Positions 39,203-48,455 of a stretch of 64,000 bases of DNA are shown here, one piece after another; the stretch's first letter is position 1, and every line of letters begins with the position of its first letter. A program made the position numbers and the translations under genes. Source of the stretch: Dehalococcoidia bacterium (GTDB lineage: Bacteria; Chloroflexota; Dehalococcoidia; UBA2979); NCBI GenBank assembly GCA_964291495.2, contig OZ219871.1, positions 64,001 to 128,000 of the forward strand, in the 5' to 3' direction. The notes beneath the pieces were generated by a model, which had not been told where the DNA came from, did not search any database, and saw nothing but the letters and a program-made list of their open reading frames with translations.

Positions 39203-40171
39203 TCACTCGTTCAGTTCGAGGGTTTCCATCAGCTCGCGCCACTCGCGCGCGGAGATCCCTGATTCCTTGCGCAGCGCATCCGCCTCGGCGCGGCGACCCG
39301 CGACCAGTGCACGCACGACCGACAGCGCGCCGGCCGAGAGGTTCCCGCTGTTCATCCGGTAGTCACTAAACGCCTCGTAGACGAGCGGCACCCAGGCCTT
39401 CACGACGCGATCGAGGATCGCGTCCGCGTAGACGCGGATCTCGTACTGGGCGTGGTCGTCCGCCCGCAGGGACAGGAAGTGCAGCAGGTTGTGCAGGTCG
39501 ATCTTCCAGTACCACTGCGTGTAGAAGTTGAGCGAGAGGTTCATCCGGGCGAGTTCGCGCGCGAGGCCACTCTGCTCCTCGTCGGGCGACTCTCCGGCCG
39601 GCGACTCGTTCAGTAGCTCCTCGTAGTGTCGGTAGGCGCGTTCGGCGTCCTCGCGCAGCAGCTCCTGCACGCGCGAGGCCTCAGCCGGGGAGAGTTGCTC
39701 GCCGCGGCCCTGCCGGTTGGTTCGGGATTGCGCCCGCAGGACCTCGGCGTCCGGCACGTAGAACTCACGATCGAGGATCGAGTAGCGGGCGGAGTACTCG
39801 TTGACGTTGGCCGTGCGGTGCCGGATCCACTGTCGCGCGACGAAGATCGGGAGCTTGACGTGCAGCTTGATCTCGCACATCTCGAAGGGAGTCGTGTGGC
39901 GGTGCCGCATGAGGTAGCGGATGAGCCCTCGATCATCCGACAAGCGTCGCGTGCCTCGTCCGTACGAGACGCGCGCCGCCTGCACGATGGCGCCGTCGTC
40001 GCCCATGTAGTCGACGACGCGTACGAACCCGTGATCGAGAATCTGCACGGGCGTGTACAACAGGTCTTCGAGGGCGGGGACAGTGGCACGCTTCGTGTCG
40101 TACCGCTGCGCCCGCAGAGCCTCCAGCTCGGCTCGCTGCTCTGGCGTCATGAAGTCGGTCGTGGCGCCCAC
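39203..40171 (-). CDS. thyX: FAD-dependent thymidylate synthase
   Basis: [38 protein letters not shown]. Confidence 0.97.
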   Translation of the reverse strand: MGATTDFMTPEQRAELEALRAQRYDTKRATVPALEDLLYTPVQILDHGFVRVVDYMGDDGAIVQAARVSYGRGTRRLSDDRGLIRYLMRHRHTTPFEMCEIKLHVKLPIFVARQWIRHRTANVNEYSARYSILDREFYVPDAEVLRAQSRTNRQGRGEQLSPAEASRVQELLREDAERAYRHYEELLNESPAGESPDEEQSGLARELARMNLSLNFYTQWYWKIDLHNLLHFLSLRADDHAQYEIRVYADAILDRVVKAWVPLVYEAFSDYRMNSGNLSAGALSVVRALVAGRRAEADALRKESGISAREWRELMETLELNE

Positions 40172-40438
40172 CTCTGCACGCTACGCCTCGTAGTGGCGCC
40201 TCCACGCATCGCGGTCGGGGCTCGAGCCCGGGCGTATCCTACACCGCCTCCCCGACCCGGCCCGCGACCACGTCGCGACCCCACGCGTGGTTGGACGGAC
40301 CTTTCGAGGAGTCTCGGAAGCCACGAGCCGGCGGCGACTCCCCGGATGCATCTATAACCAGCGCCCGGCTGGCCTTACGCTGACGTTATCCGCGGTCTGC
40401 GAGGCTGCCGCGCGATCGGCGCCCGCGCGGGCAGGAGG

Positions 40439-41299
40439 ATGATGATGCTCGGTCGGCCCCGCCTCGTTCTCGCAGCGGTCCTCGCGGTGATCGTGGTCGC
40501 CGTCGTGGCCGTCGGCGGCTGGTACTTCTTCCTGCGCGACGACGCCCCGCCGCCCGTAACCCTCGAGAGCGCCGTCGCCACCACGCGCGAGACGCCGACC
40601 GCGACCGCCACCGCCGCGCCCTCGACTCCGACTCCCTCACCGACCCCGACAGCGACCGCCGCCCGCTCCACGCCCGCCACCGCGACCGCCACGCCGACAC
40701 CGACCGCGACCCCCACGCCCACGCCCACGCCCGAGCCGACCTCCGAGGCCGCCCCGGCGCGCCCCGAGGGCGAGTTGACCGGCGTCTGGACGCTCTCCGA
40801 GCGGGGCGAGTCCTTCGCCGGGTTCCGCGTCCGCGAGGAACTCGTTGGCATCGGCGCGTTCACCGCCGTCGGCCGCACATCGGCGGTCACCGCCTCGCTC
40901 GAGTTCGACGGCAGCACGATCACCGCCGTCAGCGTCGAGGTCGACATGACGCAGCTCACGACCGACGACTCGCGGCGCGACCGCGCCCTGCGCGGCCGGG
41001 GGATCGAGACGAACAGCTTCCCAACCTCGACGTTCGTCCTCGCCGAGCCGATCGCGATCGACGCCGTGCCCGCCGAGGGTGAGACGCTCTCGGTCACGGC
41101 GGTCGGCGACTTCACGCTGCACGGCGTGACCCGCCGCGTCGAGATCCCGCTCGAGGGCCAGCTCACGGACGGGCTGGTCGTCGTGGTCGGCTCGCTCGAG
41201 ATCGAGTTCGACGACTACGACATCGAAGCGCCGACCGCTCCGATCGTCGTGTCCGTGGAGGACCGCGGCATCATGGAGTTCCAGCTGGTCTTCGAGTAG
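40439..41299 (+). CDS. YceI family protein with Pro/Thr linker
   Basis: N-terminal TM, TPT repeats, AGFRVREEL, RRD, GDFTLHGVT. Confidence 0.88.
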   Translation: MMMLGRPRLVLAAVLAVIVVAVVAVGGWYFFLRDDAPPPVTLESAVATTRETPTATATAAPSTPTPSPTPTATAARSTPATATATPTPTATPTPTPTPEPTSEAAPARPEGELTGVWTLSERGESFAGFRVREELVGIGAFTAVGRTSAVTASLEFDGSTITAVSVEVDMTQLTTDDSRRDRALRGRGIETNSFPTSTFVLAEPIAIDAVPAEGETLSVTAVGDFTLHGVTRRVEIPLEGQLTDGLVVVVGSLEIEFDDYDIEAPTAPIVVSVEDRGIMEFQLVFE

Positions 41300-41322
41300 C
41301 CGAGGCGCGTCGGACCTCGAAC

Positions 41323-42783
41323 CTAGCCCGCGTCGGCTTCGACCGTCTCGCTCGACTCGACGCGTGCAGCGCGGTCGATCACGTCCGACGGCACCAGCAG
41401 CAGGAGCACCAGGACGAAGCCAAGGAGGCCAACGCCGAGCAGCGTGAAGGTGGCGTAGCCGCCGATCGCGTCTCCGAGGATGCCGAGGGGAAGCCCCATC
41501 ATCGGCATGAAGCCGAACGTGAGCATGTAGAGACTCATGATCCGGCCGTGGTAGCGCTGCTCCGAGCTGGTCATGATCATCCCGTTGTTGAGCGCCATGT
41601 AGGCCATCGAGCAGGCCCCGATCACCATCATCGCGAAGAACGCGCCCGCCGCGCCGAGGGCGAGCGATCCGACCCCCAGGATGACGAGGCCGCCGCCCCA
41701 GCCGAGACCGAGCAGCGCCTGCGTGCGCGCCAGCCTGCCGGCGGGGTTCAGGGCCGCGATCAGCAACGAGCCCGCCAGCGCGCCGACAGCGTTGACCGCC
41801 ATCATCAGCCCGAACCCGCGGGGACCGAGTCCGAGGTCGCCGGCCACGAACGCCGGGAGGATCGTCATGAACGGAATCCCCAGCAAGATCGGGAGCAGCG
41901 CCATCAGCATCAGCGTGCGCAGCGCCGGATTGCCTCGCACGTAGCGCAGCCCAATCTTGATCTCCGCGAACACATTCCCGCGCTGCGCGATCCCCTGCAT
42001 GTGTCCGCGGCCACGCGGCAGCAGCCACACGGCGGCCCAGGCAACGGCGTACATGGCCGAGGTGATGTAGTACGTGACGGCGAAGCCGAACGCCGCGATG
42101 AGGATCCCGGCAACGACGGGCGAGAAGAGGCGCGTCGCGTTCATCGCCGTGTTGTTGAGGGCGATCGCGTTCATCAGCTCGTGCCGGGGCACGAGTTCGG
42201 GGATGTAGGCCTGGCGGGCGGGCATGTTGAAGGAGAAGGTGCCGCCCAGCACGACGCCGAAGGCGAACAGCACTTGCAGCGAGATCGCGTCGAAGCTGAT
42301 CAGCAGCGCGACCCCGAGCGCCTGCAGGAAGACCACCGCCTGCGTGATCAGCAGCACGGTGCGCTTGTCCACGCGGTCCGCGATCGCGCCCCCCGGCAGC
42401 GCGAGGAAGAGCTGGGGGATGCCCCACGCCGCGGCCAGCGCGCCGACTGCGGAGAAGTTGCCCGCCAGCTCGAAGGCGAGCAGCCCACGGGCGATCATCT
42501 GCATCTGCATACCGACCATCGCGGTGGCCATCGAGGCCCAGAGCAGGCGGTACTTGGGGTACTGGAAGGCCCTGAAGGTGCGTCGCAGCGGCGGCCGCTG
42601 TCTGCCGACGGCCATCCCGCCGGCCATTCCACCGCCCATGCCGGCGGCCATCCCACCGGACATTCCGCGCAACGGCGCGCCGGGCGAGGCCAACTCGTCC
42701 CCGTTGGGACCGACGCCGTCCTGCCGGGCGGGTGGCTCCTCGCGACCCGCATCGGCGGCTCGGGGTGTCGTGCCCTGGGCCAT
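41323..42783 (-). CDS. MFS transporter
   Basis: Multiple TM helices, GAIADRVDKR, PARQA, NAIALN. Confidence 0.9.
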   Translation of the reverse strand: MAQGTTPRAADAGREEPPARQDGVGPNGDELASPGAPLRGMSGGMAAGMGGGMAGGMAVGRQRPPLRRTFRAFQYPKYRLLWASMATAMVGMQMQMIARGLLAFELAGNFSAVGALAAAWGIPQLFLALPGGAIADRVDKRTVLLITQAVVFLQALGVALLISFDAISLQVLFAFGVVLGGTFSFNMPARQAYIPELVPRHELMNAIALNNTAMNATRLFSPVVAGILIAAFGFAVTYYITSAMYAVAWAAVWLLPRGRGHMQGIAQRGNVFAEIKIGLRYVRGNPALRTLMLMALLPILLGIPFMTILPAFVAGDLGLGPRGFGLMMAVNAVGALAGSLLIAALNPAGRLARTQALLGLGWGGGLVILGVGSLALGAAGAFFAMMVIGACSMAYMALNNGMIMTSSEQRYHGRIMSLYMLTFGFMPMMGLPLGILGDAIGGYATFTLLGVGLLGFVLVLLLLVPSDVIDRAARVESSETVEADAG

Positions 42784-43016
42784 CTGCGCTCCACCCGTCG
42801 AGCCCGGCGCGCCTGCCCTGCGAGGGCGACCGGTCCGGCCCCTCGTCGAATCGTTGCCCGCTCGTGCGCCGGAGGGAATCTCGCCGCGGGATCAGTTCCG
42901 CGGCGACCTCAGCGTAGGTTCGCCCTATCCCTTCGTCAACGTAAGGTGAACATCGCGGCAGCACGGCGGTACCATCCGCCGGGGACCCGCGAGAACCCGG
43001 AATGGAGCCGCCGTCG

Positions 43017-43436
43017 ATGGTCGCATTGCCCGAGTCCGCCCGCGCCCTGCTCGCCGACCGTGCCTACGGGCACCTCGTGACGACCAACCCGAGCGGCACG
43101 CCCCAGCTCTCGATGCTGTGGGTGGACGTCGACGGTGACGAGGTGCTGATCAACACCTCCGAGGGCCGCGCCAAGACACGCAACATGCGAGGCGATCCGC
43201 GCGTGCTGCTCTCCGTGCAGGCCCGCGACGAGCCCCAGCTGTACCTGCTAGTCCACGGCCACGTCACCGGAATCACCGCCGAGGGCGCCGACAAGCACAT
43301 CGACATGCTCGCGGGGCGCTTCCTCGGCCTGGACAGCTACCCCTTCCGCCAGCCCGGTGAGGAGCGGCTGATCGTGCGCATCGCCGCCGACCGGCTCGCC
43401 GGCCTCGGGCCGTGGGCGCCCATGCCCGGCGCCTGA
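43017..43436 (+). CDS. PPOX-class F420-dependent oxidoreductase
   Basis: T.NPSGTPQ...WV, GRAKTRN...DPRV. Confidence 0.88.
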   Translation: MVALPESARALLADRAYGHLVTTNPSGTPQLSMLWVDVDGDEVLINTSEGRAKTRNMRGDPRVLLSVQARDEPQLYLLVHGHVTGITAEGADKHIDMLAGRFLGLDSYPFRQPGEERLIVRIAADRLAGLGPWAPMPGA

Positions 43437-43446
43437 GGGAGGCTCC

Positions 43447-43806
43447 ATGAGCGACCAGACCCCCGCCGACGACGTCCGCATGGACGAGGATCTCTCGACC
43501 GAGTGCGCGAACTGGGTCGCGGAGCAGCTTTCCGAGGAGTTCGGCGGCTTCATCGCCGCCGAGGTCGTCGACGCGGTGCTGGAGTTCGAGGCCGACATCC
43601 GCATCGCCGAGAACGACCCAGAGATGGACCACGCCTCGATGGCCGAGCGCCTGCTCGCACGGCTCGCCGAGGAAGGCGCGCCGACCGATCAGCAGTGGGG
43701 AGTGACCCCGCACCTGCTGATGGAGATCCTGTTCTGGGAGGACGAGTTCCGCGGGCTGGCGGGCCGCCCTCGGAGCGTCCGGCCGCACGGCGGAGGTCCG
43801 CGCTAG
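43447..43806 (+). CDS. Hypothetical acidic protein
   Basis: GGAGG RBS, co-directional, host-like codons. Confidence 0.7.
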   Translation: MSDQTPADDVRMDEDLSTECANWVAEQLSEEFGGFIAAEVVDAVLEFEADIRIAENDPEMDHASMAERLLARLAEEGAPTDQQWGVTPHLLMEILFWEDEFRGLAGRPRSVRPHGGGPR

Positions 43807-43834
43807 CAGCGACCCGCGCGCACGCTCCTACGAC

Positions 43835-44062
43835 GAGACCTTGCGAAACTCCACAAGCCCGATCCGGCCCCTCTCCCTGGGGAGAGGGCGGGGGTGAGGG
43901 GGAGGCTCCCGCGCGCCTCCGAGAGCCCCAATGGCGCAACGCAATCCCGGAGGGCGGATCCTCCCTCACCCCCAAAGTGCAGGCGAAGCAGGTCTCCCTC
44001 GGGGAGAGGGGACCGGAAGGGATGCGCTCGCTGCCCCGAGGAGAGGGTTACGCGAAGGTCTC
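43835..44062. mobile_element. Candidate MITE-like element (~228 bp) containing REP-like units
   Basis: Ends GAGACCTT(GCGAAAC)...(GTTACGCG)AAGGTCTC are inverted; flanking AC/AC; internal units 43868-43902 and 43963-44011. Confidence 0.45.
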
Positions 44063-44945
44063 ACGAGGCGGCCACCTCGTCGCGGATGCGCTTGAGCCGG
44101 CGCACGTTCTCCAGGTCCGGGCCGTCGCCCTCGAAGCCCGGCACCTCCAGCAGCAGCGCCCGGCCGGCGAACGCCGGCTCGCCGAGGATCGTGCGGAAGC
44201 CGTCGTACCCGATGTGGCCCTCGCCGATGTTCTCGTGGCGGTCGCGCCCGCTGCCCAGCCCCTGCTTCGAGTCGTTCGCGTGGATCACGGCCAGCATGTC
44301 GAAGCCGATCTCACGCTGGAACTCCTCGAGGGTGTCGGCCATGCCCTCGGGCGTCGTGATGTCGTAGCCAGCGGCGAAGGTGTGGCAGGTGTCGAGGCAG
44401 ACGCGCAGCCGCGCCGAGTCGGCCGCATCGAGGATCGCGCCGAGCTCTCCGAACGTGCCGCCGATCGGGCCCTGCTGGCCCGCGGCGTTCTCCAGCGCCA
44501 GCACGGGCCCCTCCGGTGCCTCGTCGAGGATGCGCGCGAGCGCCGAGACGACCTCCGGCAGGACCGCCTCGAAGCCGCGCCCGAGGTGCGAGCCGCTGTG
44601 CAGCACCACGCCCTCGGCACCGGCTCGCGCGGCCACGGTCAGGGCGTTCACCACCGAGGCGATCGACTTCTCGTAGTGCTCCTCGTTGCGCGGGGCGAGG
44701 CTGACCAGGTAGCTGCCGTGCAGCCACGCCTGGCCGATGCCGGACTCCGCGCGCAGCTCGCGGAAGCGCTCGAAGGCCTCGGGCTTGTGGTTGGTGGGAC
44801 GCCAGGCGCGCGGCGAGGCGCCGAAGAACTGCACCGCCTCCGCCTCGATCGCCACGGCCCGCTCGATCGTGCGCCAGAGGCCGCCCGAGGCCGAGCAGTG
44901 CGCGCCGATCGCGACCGGCGGCGGGGCGCCCTCAGCGGGCGGCAT
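44061..44945 (-). CDS. nfo: Endonuclease IV
   Basis: IGAHCS, VLHSGS, LENAAG, CLDTCH, HANDSK, DRHENIG.G. Confidence 0.95.
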   Translation of the reverse strand: MPPAEGAPPPVAIGAHCSASGGLWRTIERAVAIEAEAVQFFGASPRAWRPTNHKPEAFERFRELRAESGIGQAWLHGSYLVSLAPRNEEHYEKSIASVVNALTVAARAGAEGVVLHSGSHLGRGFEAVLPEVVSALARILDEAPEGPVLALENAAGQQGPIGGTFGELGAILDAADSARLRVCLDTCHTFAAGYDITTPEGMADTLEEFQREIGFDMLAVIHANDSKQGLGSGRDRHENIGEGHIGYDGFRTILGEPAFAGRALLLEVPGFEGDGPDLENVRRLKRIRDEVAAS

Positions 44946-45295
44946 CAGGCGCCTCTCCGCACGACGCGCCGCCAGCCCTCCCGAAGGCTCGCCGCCCACG
45001 CCTCGATCCTCAGCCGCCACGGCCGCGCGATGACGACGCCGTCGACGGCATCGGCGAGTTGCGCGAGGTCGGGCGCCGCTTCGCCCTGCTCGATCGTGGC
45101 GGAGCCGCTCGCGAGGTCGACGCTGGCCCCCTCGACGCCAGGGACGCTGCGCAGGGCGCGCTCGGTGCGGCTCGCGCAGACGCCGCAGACGAGGCCCTCG
45201 ATCGCCAGCTCGCTGCGGCGTCCGCCCGTCGAGGTAACACGCAGCCTCGGCGCGGTCAGCAAGCGGCGGAGATGGATATGGAGGCGCGGTGTCAT
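44945..45295 (-). CDS. Heavy-metal-associated (HMA/CopZ-like) domain protein
   Basis: IEGLVCGVCASR.ERAL..VPGV. Confidence 0.75.
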   Translation of the reverse strand: MTPRLHIHLRRLLTAPRLRVTSTGGRRSELAIEGLVCGVCASRTERALRSVPGVEGASVDLASGSATIEQGEAAPDLAQLADAVDGVVIARPWRLRIEAWAASLREGWRRVVRRGA

Positions 45296-45468
45296 CGAAT
45301 CAATCCTACCAGCGGCGCAGGTCCGCTCCAGCGCGGCTCCTGAGGTGGCCTCGAGCCGCTCGAAAGGCGCGTCGGGCGATCGAATACCCGTTGAGGCGTC
45401 GCCCTGTGCGCCCGGTCGTGGTAGATTCGCGGCAGGTTCGGCGAGCGGCGCCCCGATCGGAGGCAGCG

Positions 45469-45990
45469 TTGGCGTATTCCATCATCGAGACGTGCATCGG
45501 CTGCACGGCCTGCGTCAAGAAGTGCCCTGTCAACGCCATCACCGGCGTGCGCGACGAGTTGCACGTGATCGACCCCGACCTCTGCATCGACTGCGGCGCC
45601 TGTGGCGCCGTCTGCCCGCCGGAGTCGATCCTCGATGAACTGGGCGACCAGTGCCGCACCTTCCCTCGCCGCGAGCTGCCGCTGGCCAAGGTGATCGACG
45701 ACAACTGCATCGGCTCCGGCTGCGAGCTGTGCATCCACATCTGCCCGTTCGACGCACTCTCCCTGACGGATGCGCCGAACAGCCACGACTTCTACGGCGT
45801 GGCCGTCGTCGACGACAAGAAGTGCGTCGGCTGCCGCCTCTGCGAGCAGGCCTGCGGCTGGGGTTCGATCTACATCGACCCGCCGCGCGAGATGCTCAAG
45901 AGGGACGTCTACCCCGTCGAGGTGCTGACGCCGAAGAAGGGCCGCGGCATCGCGCGCGCACAGGAGCGCCGGGCGGCCACCGCCGGCTAG
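45469..45990 (+). CDS. Polyferredoxin (four 4Fe-4S motifs)
   Basis: CIGCTAC...CP, CIDCGAC...CP, CIGSGCELC...CP, CVGCRLC...C; TTG start after GGAGG. Confidence 0.9.
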   Translation: MAYSIIETCIGCTACVKKCPVNAITGVRDELHVIDPDLCIDCGACGAVCPPESILDELGDQCRTFPRRELPLAKVIDDNCIGSGCELCIHICPFDALSLTDAPNSHDFYGVAVVDDKKCVGCRLCEQACGWGSIYIDPPREMLKRDVYPVEVLTPKKGRGIARAQERRAATAG

Positions 45991-46011
45991 CGCCCTCCCC
46001 TTCCCGGCACG

Positions 46012-46470
46012 GTGAGCGAGAATCCGGACTCCACGGTCCTGCGGGTACGGCTGCTGCGGACCGGCGCGCGGCTGCCGCAGCGCCAGAGCGCCCTCGCGAG
46101 CGGGTACGACCTGCACGCCTGCCTCGAGGGCGGCTCGATCGAGCTCGGCACCTCACCTGTGCTCGTGCCGACGGGCATCGCCGTGGCTGCGCCCGCGGGG
46201 CTCGACGTGCAGCTCCGGCCGCGCTCCGGCCTCGCCTCACGCGGCGTGCTCGCGGTGCTCGGCACCCTGGACGCCGACTACCGCGGCGAGCTGTTCGTGA
46301 CGATGTACTGCCTGCCCGGGGCCGGCGACGGCGGCCGCTACCTGATCGAGGACGGCGAGCGCATCGCGCAACTCGTCGTCGGCCGGCTCGCGCCGGCCGC
46401 GTTCGAGGTGGTCGAGGACCTCGACGCGACGGAGCGCGGCGCGGGCGGCCACGGCAGCACGGGGCGCTAG
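46012..46470 (+). CDS. dut: dUTP diphosphatase
   Basis: SGYDL, VPTG, RPRSGLA, GTLDADYRGE, RIAQL, RGAGGHGSTG. Confidence 0.95.
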   Translation: MSENPDSTVLRVRLLRTGARLPQRQSALASGYDLHACLEGGSIELGTSPVLVPTGIAVAAPAGLDVQLRPRSGLASRGVLAVLGTLDADYRGELFVTMYCLPGAGDGGRYLIEDGERIAQLVVGRLAPAAFEVVEDLDATERGAGGHGSTGR

Positions 46471-47384
46471 CGCAATCGCACAATTCGTGCCAGAAGGAGA
46501 ATTGTGCCCTCGACACGCTCCTTGATGGCCACCAGTTTCGGCAGGTCGTACTTCCCGGCGGTCCCGTGCGTTCCGCTGTTGAAGATCCTGAATAGTTGGT
46601 GCACGTTGTCGATGTCGATACGCATGAATTCACCGAGTGACTCGACGGCGACACCCTTTCTCTCCAGCACATACCGGATCTTTGCTCGTCTAGTGGGCAG
46701 CCCCGACTCTTGCGTCTCGCAGTCCGGAACGGTCGCAAGCACCACTTCATCAGGAGCACCGTGATCCAGGATCTGGATCAGAATCTCGCGTGCGCTTGTG
46801 CAGAAGTGGCGAGCAGCGTCCGGGTTCTGCGGGCTGAGCGCGAAGAGCGCGCCGCGCCACCGATCATCCAGATCCTTCGAGATGATCCGCAGTTCGTGTG
46901 TGACCCGCGACGAGCGAAGACCGTCGGCATCCACTCCAGTGTCGTTCGGAGAATCGAGGAGTGCATTGATCGCACTGAGGCTGTTCGCATCCTCCCGCTC
47001 AGCCAAGTCCAGCAGCTCAGCGTGCCGGTGGTCCCCCGGCTCTGCCCCGACCTGGGACTCGTACCGAACGTAGGCTTCGTGTAGCGCCTCGACCGATACC
47101 CGGAGCGACGAATACCGCGCAGGTGTGGAGCGAGCGCGTAGTCGCGCAAGCTCACGCCTTGCCCGCTCTCGATCAGCTCTAACCCGGGCGTTGTGCGCTT
47201 GGACCGCCGAGTTGTACTTGCGCACCGCAGACCGCATGTCCCGGTTGTACTTGTCTACGGCTGACCTCACCCGTTGGTTGTGGCGCTGCACCTCGCGGTT
47301 GTACTTGTCGATCGCCTGCCTCTGCCTGCTCTCCGCTTGGCGAATCATGCTCTGCAACTGAGACCGAGAAATACGACCTGCCAT
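46467..47384 (-). CDS. Lower-GC protein resembling predicted pPIWI-associating nuclease (helical, HEPN-like)
   Basis: N-terminal coiled YN repeats; GALFAL...NPDAARHFCTSAREIL, PTRRAKIRY, FNSGTH; family recalled, not searched. Confidence 0.6.
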   Translation of the reverse strand: MAGRISRSQLQSMIRQAESRQRQAIDKYNREVQRHNQRVRSAVDKYNRDMRSAVRKYNSAVQAHNARVRADRERARRELARLRARSTPARYSSLRVSVEALHEAYVRYESQVGAEPGDHRHAELLDLAEREDANSLSAINALLDSPNDTGVDADGLRSSRVTHELRIISKDLDDRWRGALFALSPQNPDAARHFCTSAREILIQILDHGAPDEVVLATVPDCETQESGLPTRRAKIRYVLERKGVAVESLGEFMRIDIDNVHQLFRIFNSGTHGTAGKYDLPKLVAIKERVEGTILLLARIVRLR

Positions 47385-47471
47385 AGCGGTGCCCCTACAG
47401 GATCTGTCCGTTCGAGTAATCTATCGTACAAATATTCTGCGACCCGAGGCAACTGACGGCCCGGACAGGCA

Positions 47472-47497
47472 GAGGGCGGGCCCGGAGGCCCGCCCTC
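47472..47497 (-). terminator. Terminator-like hairpin
   Basis: Perfect 11-bp stem GAGGGCGGGCC/GGCCCGCCCTC, c(UCCG)g loop on minus strand. Confidence 0.55.
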
Positions 47498-47645
47498 ACA
47501 CCAGCATCTGCCGTGCGGCGGGGGTGATTGGTTTCGCGGCAGATGTTGGCTGCTAAGGAAGGTGCTGCGTCAGGCGGGAACCCTTCCCGCCCGGCGCTCG
47601 TCCTGCAGAGGAGTGGCGCGCACTCCTCCCCGGAACCTAGGAGGC

Positions 47646-48341
47646 CTAGGCATCGCTCGTCTCCATCTCCTCCTCGGCGAAGAGGTAGTGGTAGACCAGC
47701 GCGGCGACGACCGCGCCGATGATCGGGCCGATCCAGTAGACGAGGTGGTCTGCCCACTCGCCGCCCACGAGGGCGGGGCCGAATGTGCGCGCGGGGTTCA
47801 TCGCGGCGCCGGTCAGCGTGCCGATTGCGAGGATGTCCATTGTGAGAATCAGCCCGATGCCGAAGCCGCCCAGCTTCGGGCCGCGCGGGTCGAGCGCGGT
47901 GCCGAACACGGCCAGCATCAGGAAGAAGGTCGCGATCGCCTCGAGGATGACGCCCCGGGCGAAGTCGATGCCGCGCCCGAGCAGCGGCGTGCCGAGGGCC
48001 ACGGCCTCGCGCAGCGCCTCGGGGAAGAGCAGCACGAGCGCGAGCGCGGCCACGACGGCGCCGAGCAACTGCGCGATGATGTAGGCGACGGTCGTGACGG
48101 TATCGAGGCGGCGGGTAGCCCACAGGCCGATCGTCAGCGCAGGATTGAAGAGGCCGCCGGAGATGTGGCCGAGCGAGGAGACGAGTAGCGCGATGGCAAG
48201 GCCGTGCGCGACGGCGATGGCGATGAGATTGCCCCCGCCGGTCTGGATGATGGCGCCCGCACCCACGAAGATCAGAGCGAATGCGCCGATGAACTCGGCT
48301 GCGAGCTTGCGCCCGTGCTCCCTGGTATCGATCTCCCCCAC
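47646..48341 (-). CDS. Aquaporin (MIP family)
   Basis: AEFIG, HISGGLFNPA, AMNPARTFGPA, YWIGPIIGA. Confidence 0.95.
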   Translation of the reverse strand: MGEIDTREHGRKLAAEFIGAFALIFVGAGAIIQTGGGNLIAIAVAHGLAIALLVSSLGHISGGLFNPALTIGLWATRRLDTVTTVAYIIAQLLGAVVAALALVLLFPEALREAVALGTPLLGRGIDFARGVILEAIATFFLMLAVFGTALDPRGPKLGGFGIGLILTMDILAIGTLTGAAMNPARTFGPALVGGEWADHLVYWIGPIIGAVVAALVYHYLFAEEEMETSDA

Positions 48342-48455
48342 TGGAGTCTCCCCACCCTCACGCCCACGGCAGGCAGCACCCGGAGGGCTGCCGGATTGGG
48401 GGCGTAGAGGGCATTCAAGCAGGGATCGGCTAAAAAGTCAACACGGGTTGTCAAT

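Noticed and set aside
40580-40745. Tandem ACGCCC/ACCGCC repeats
   Set aside because: They encode an ordinary Pro/Thr linker in the YceI protein
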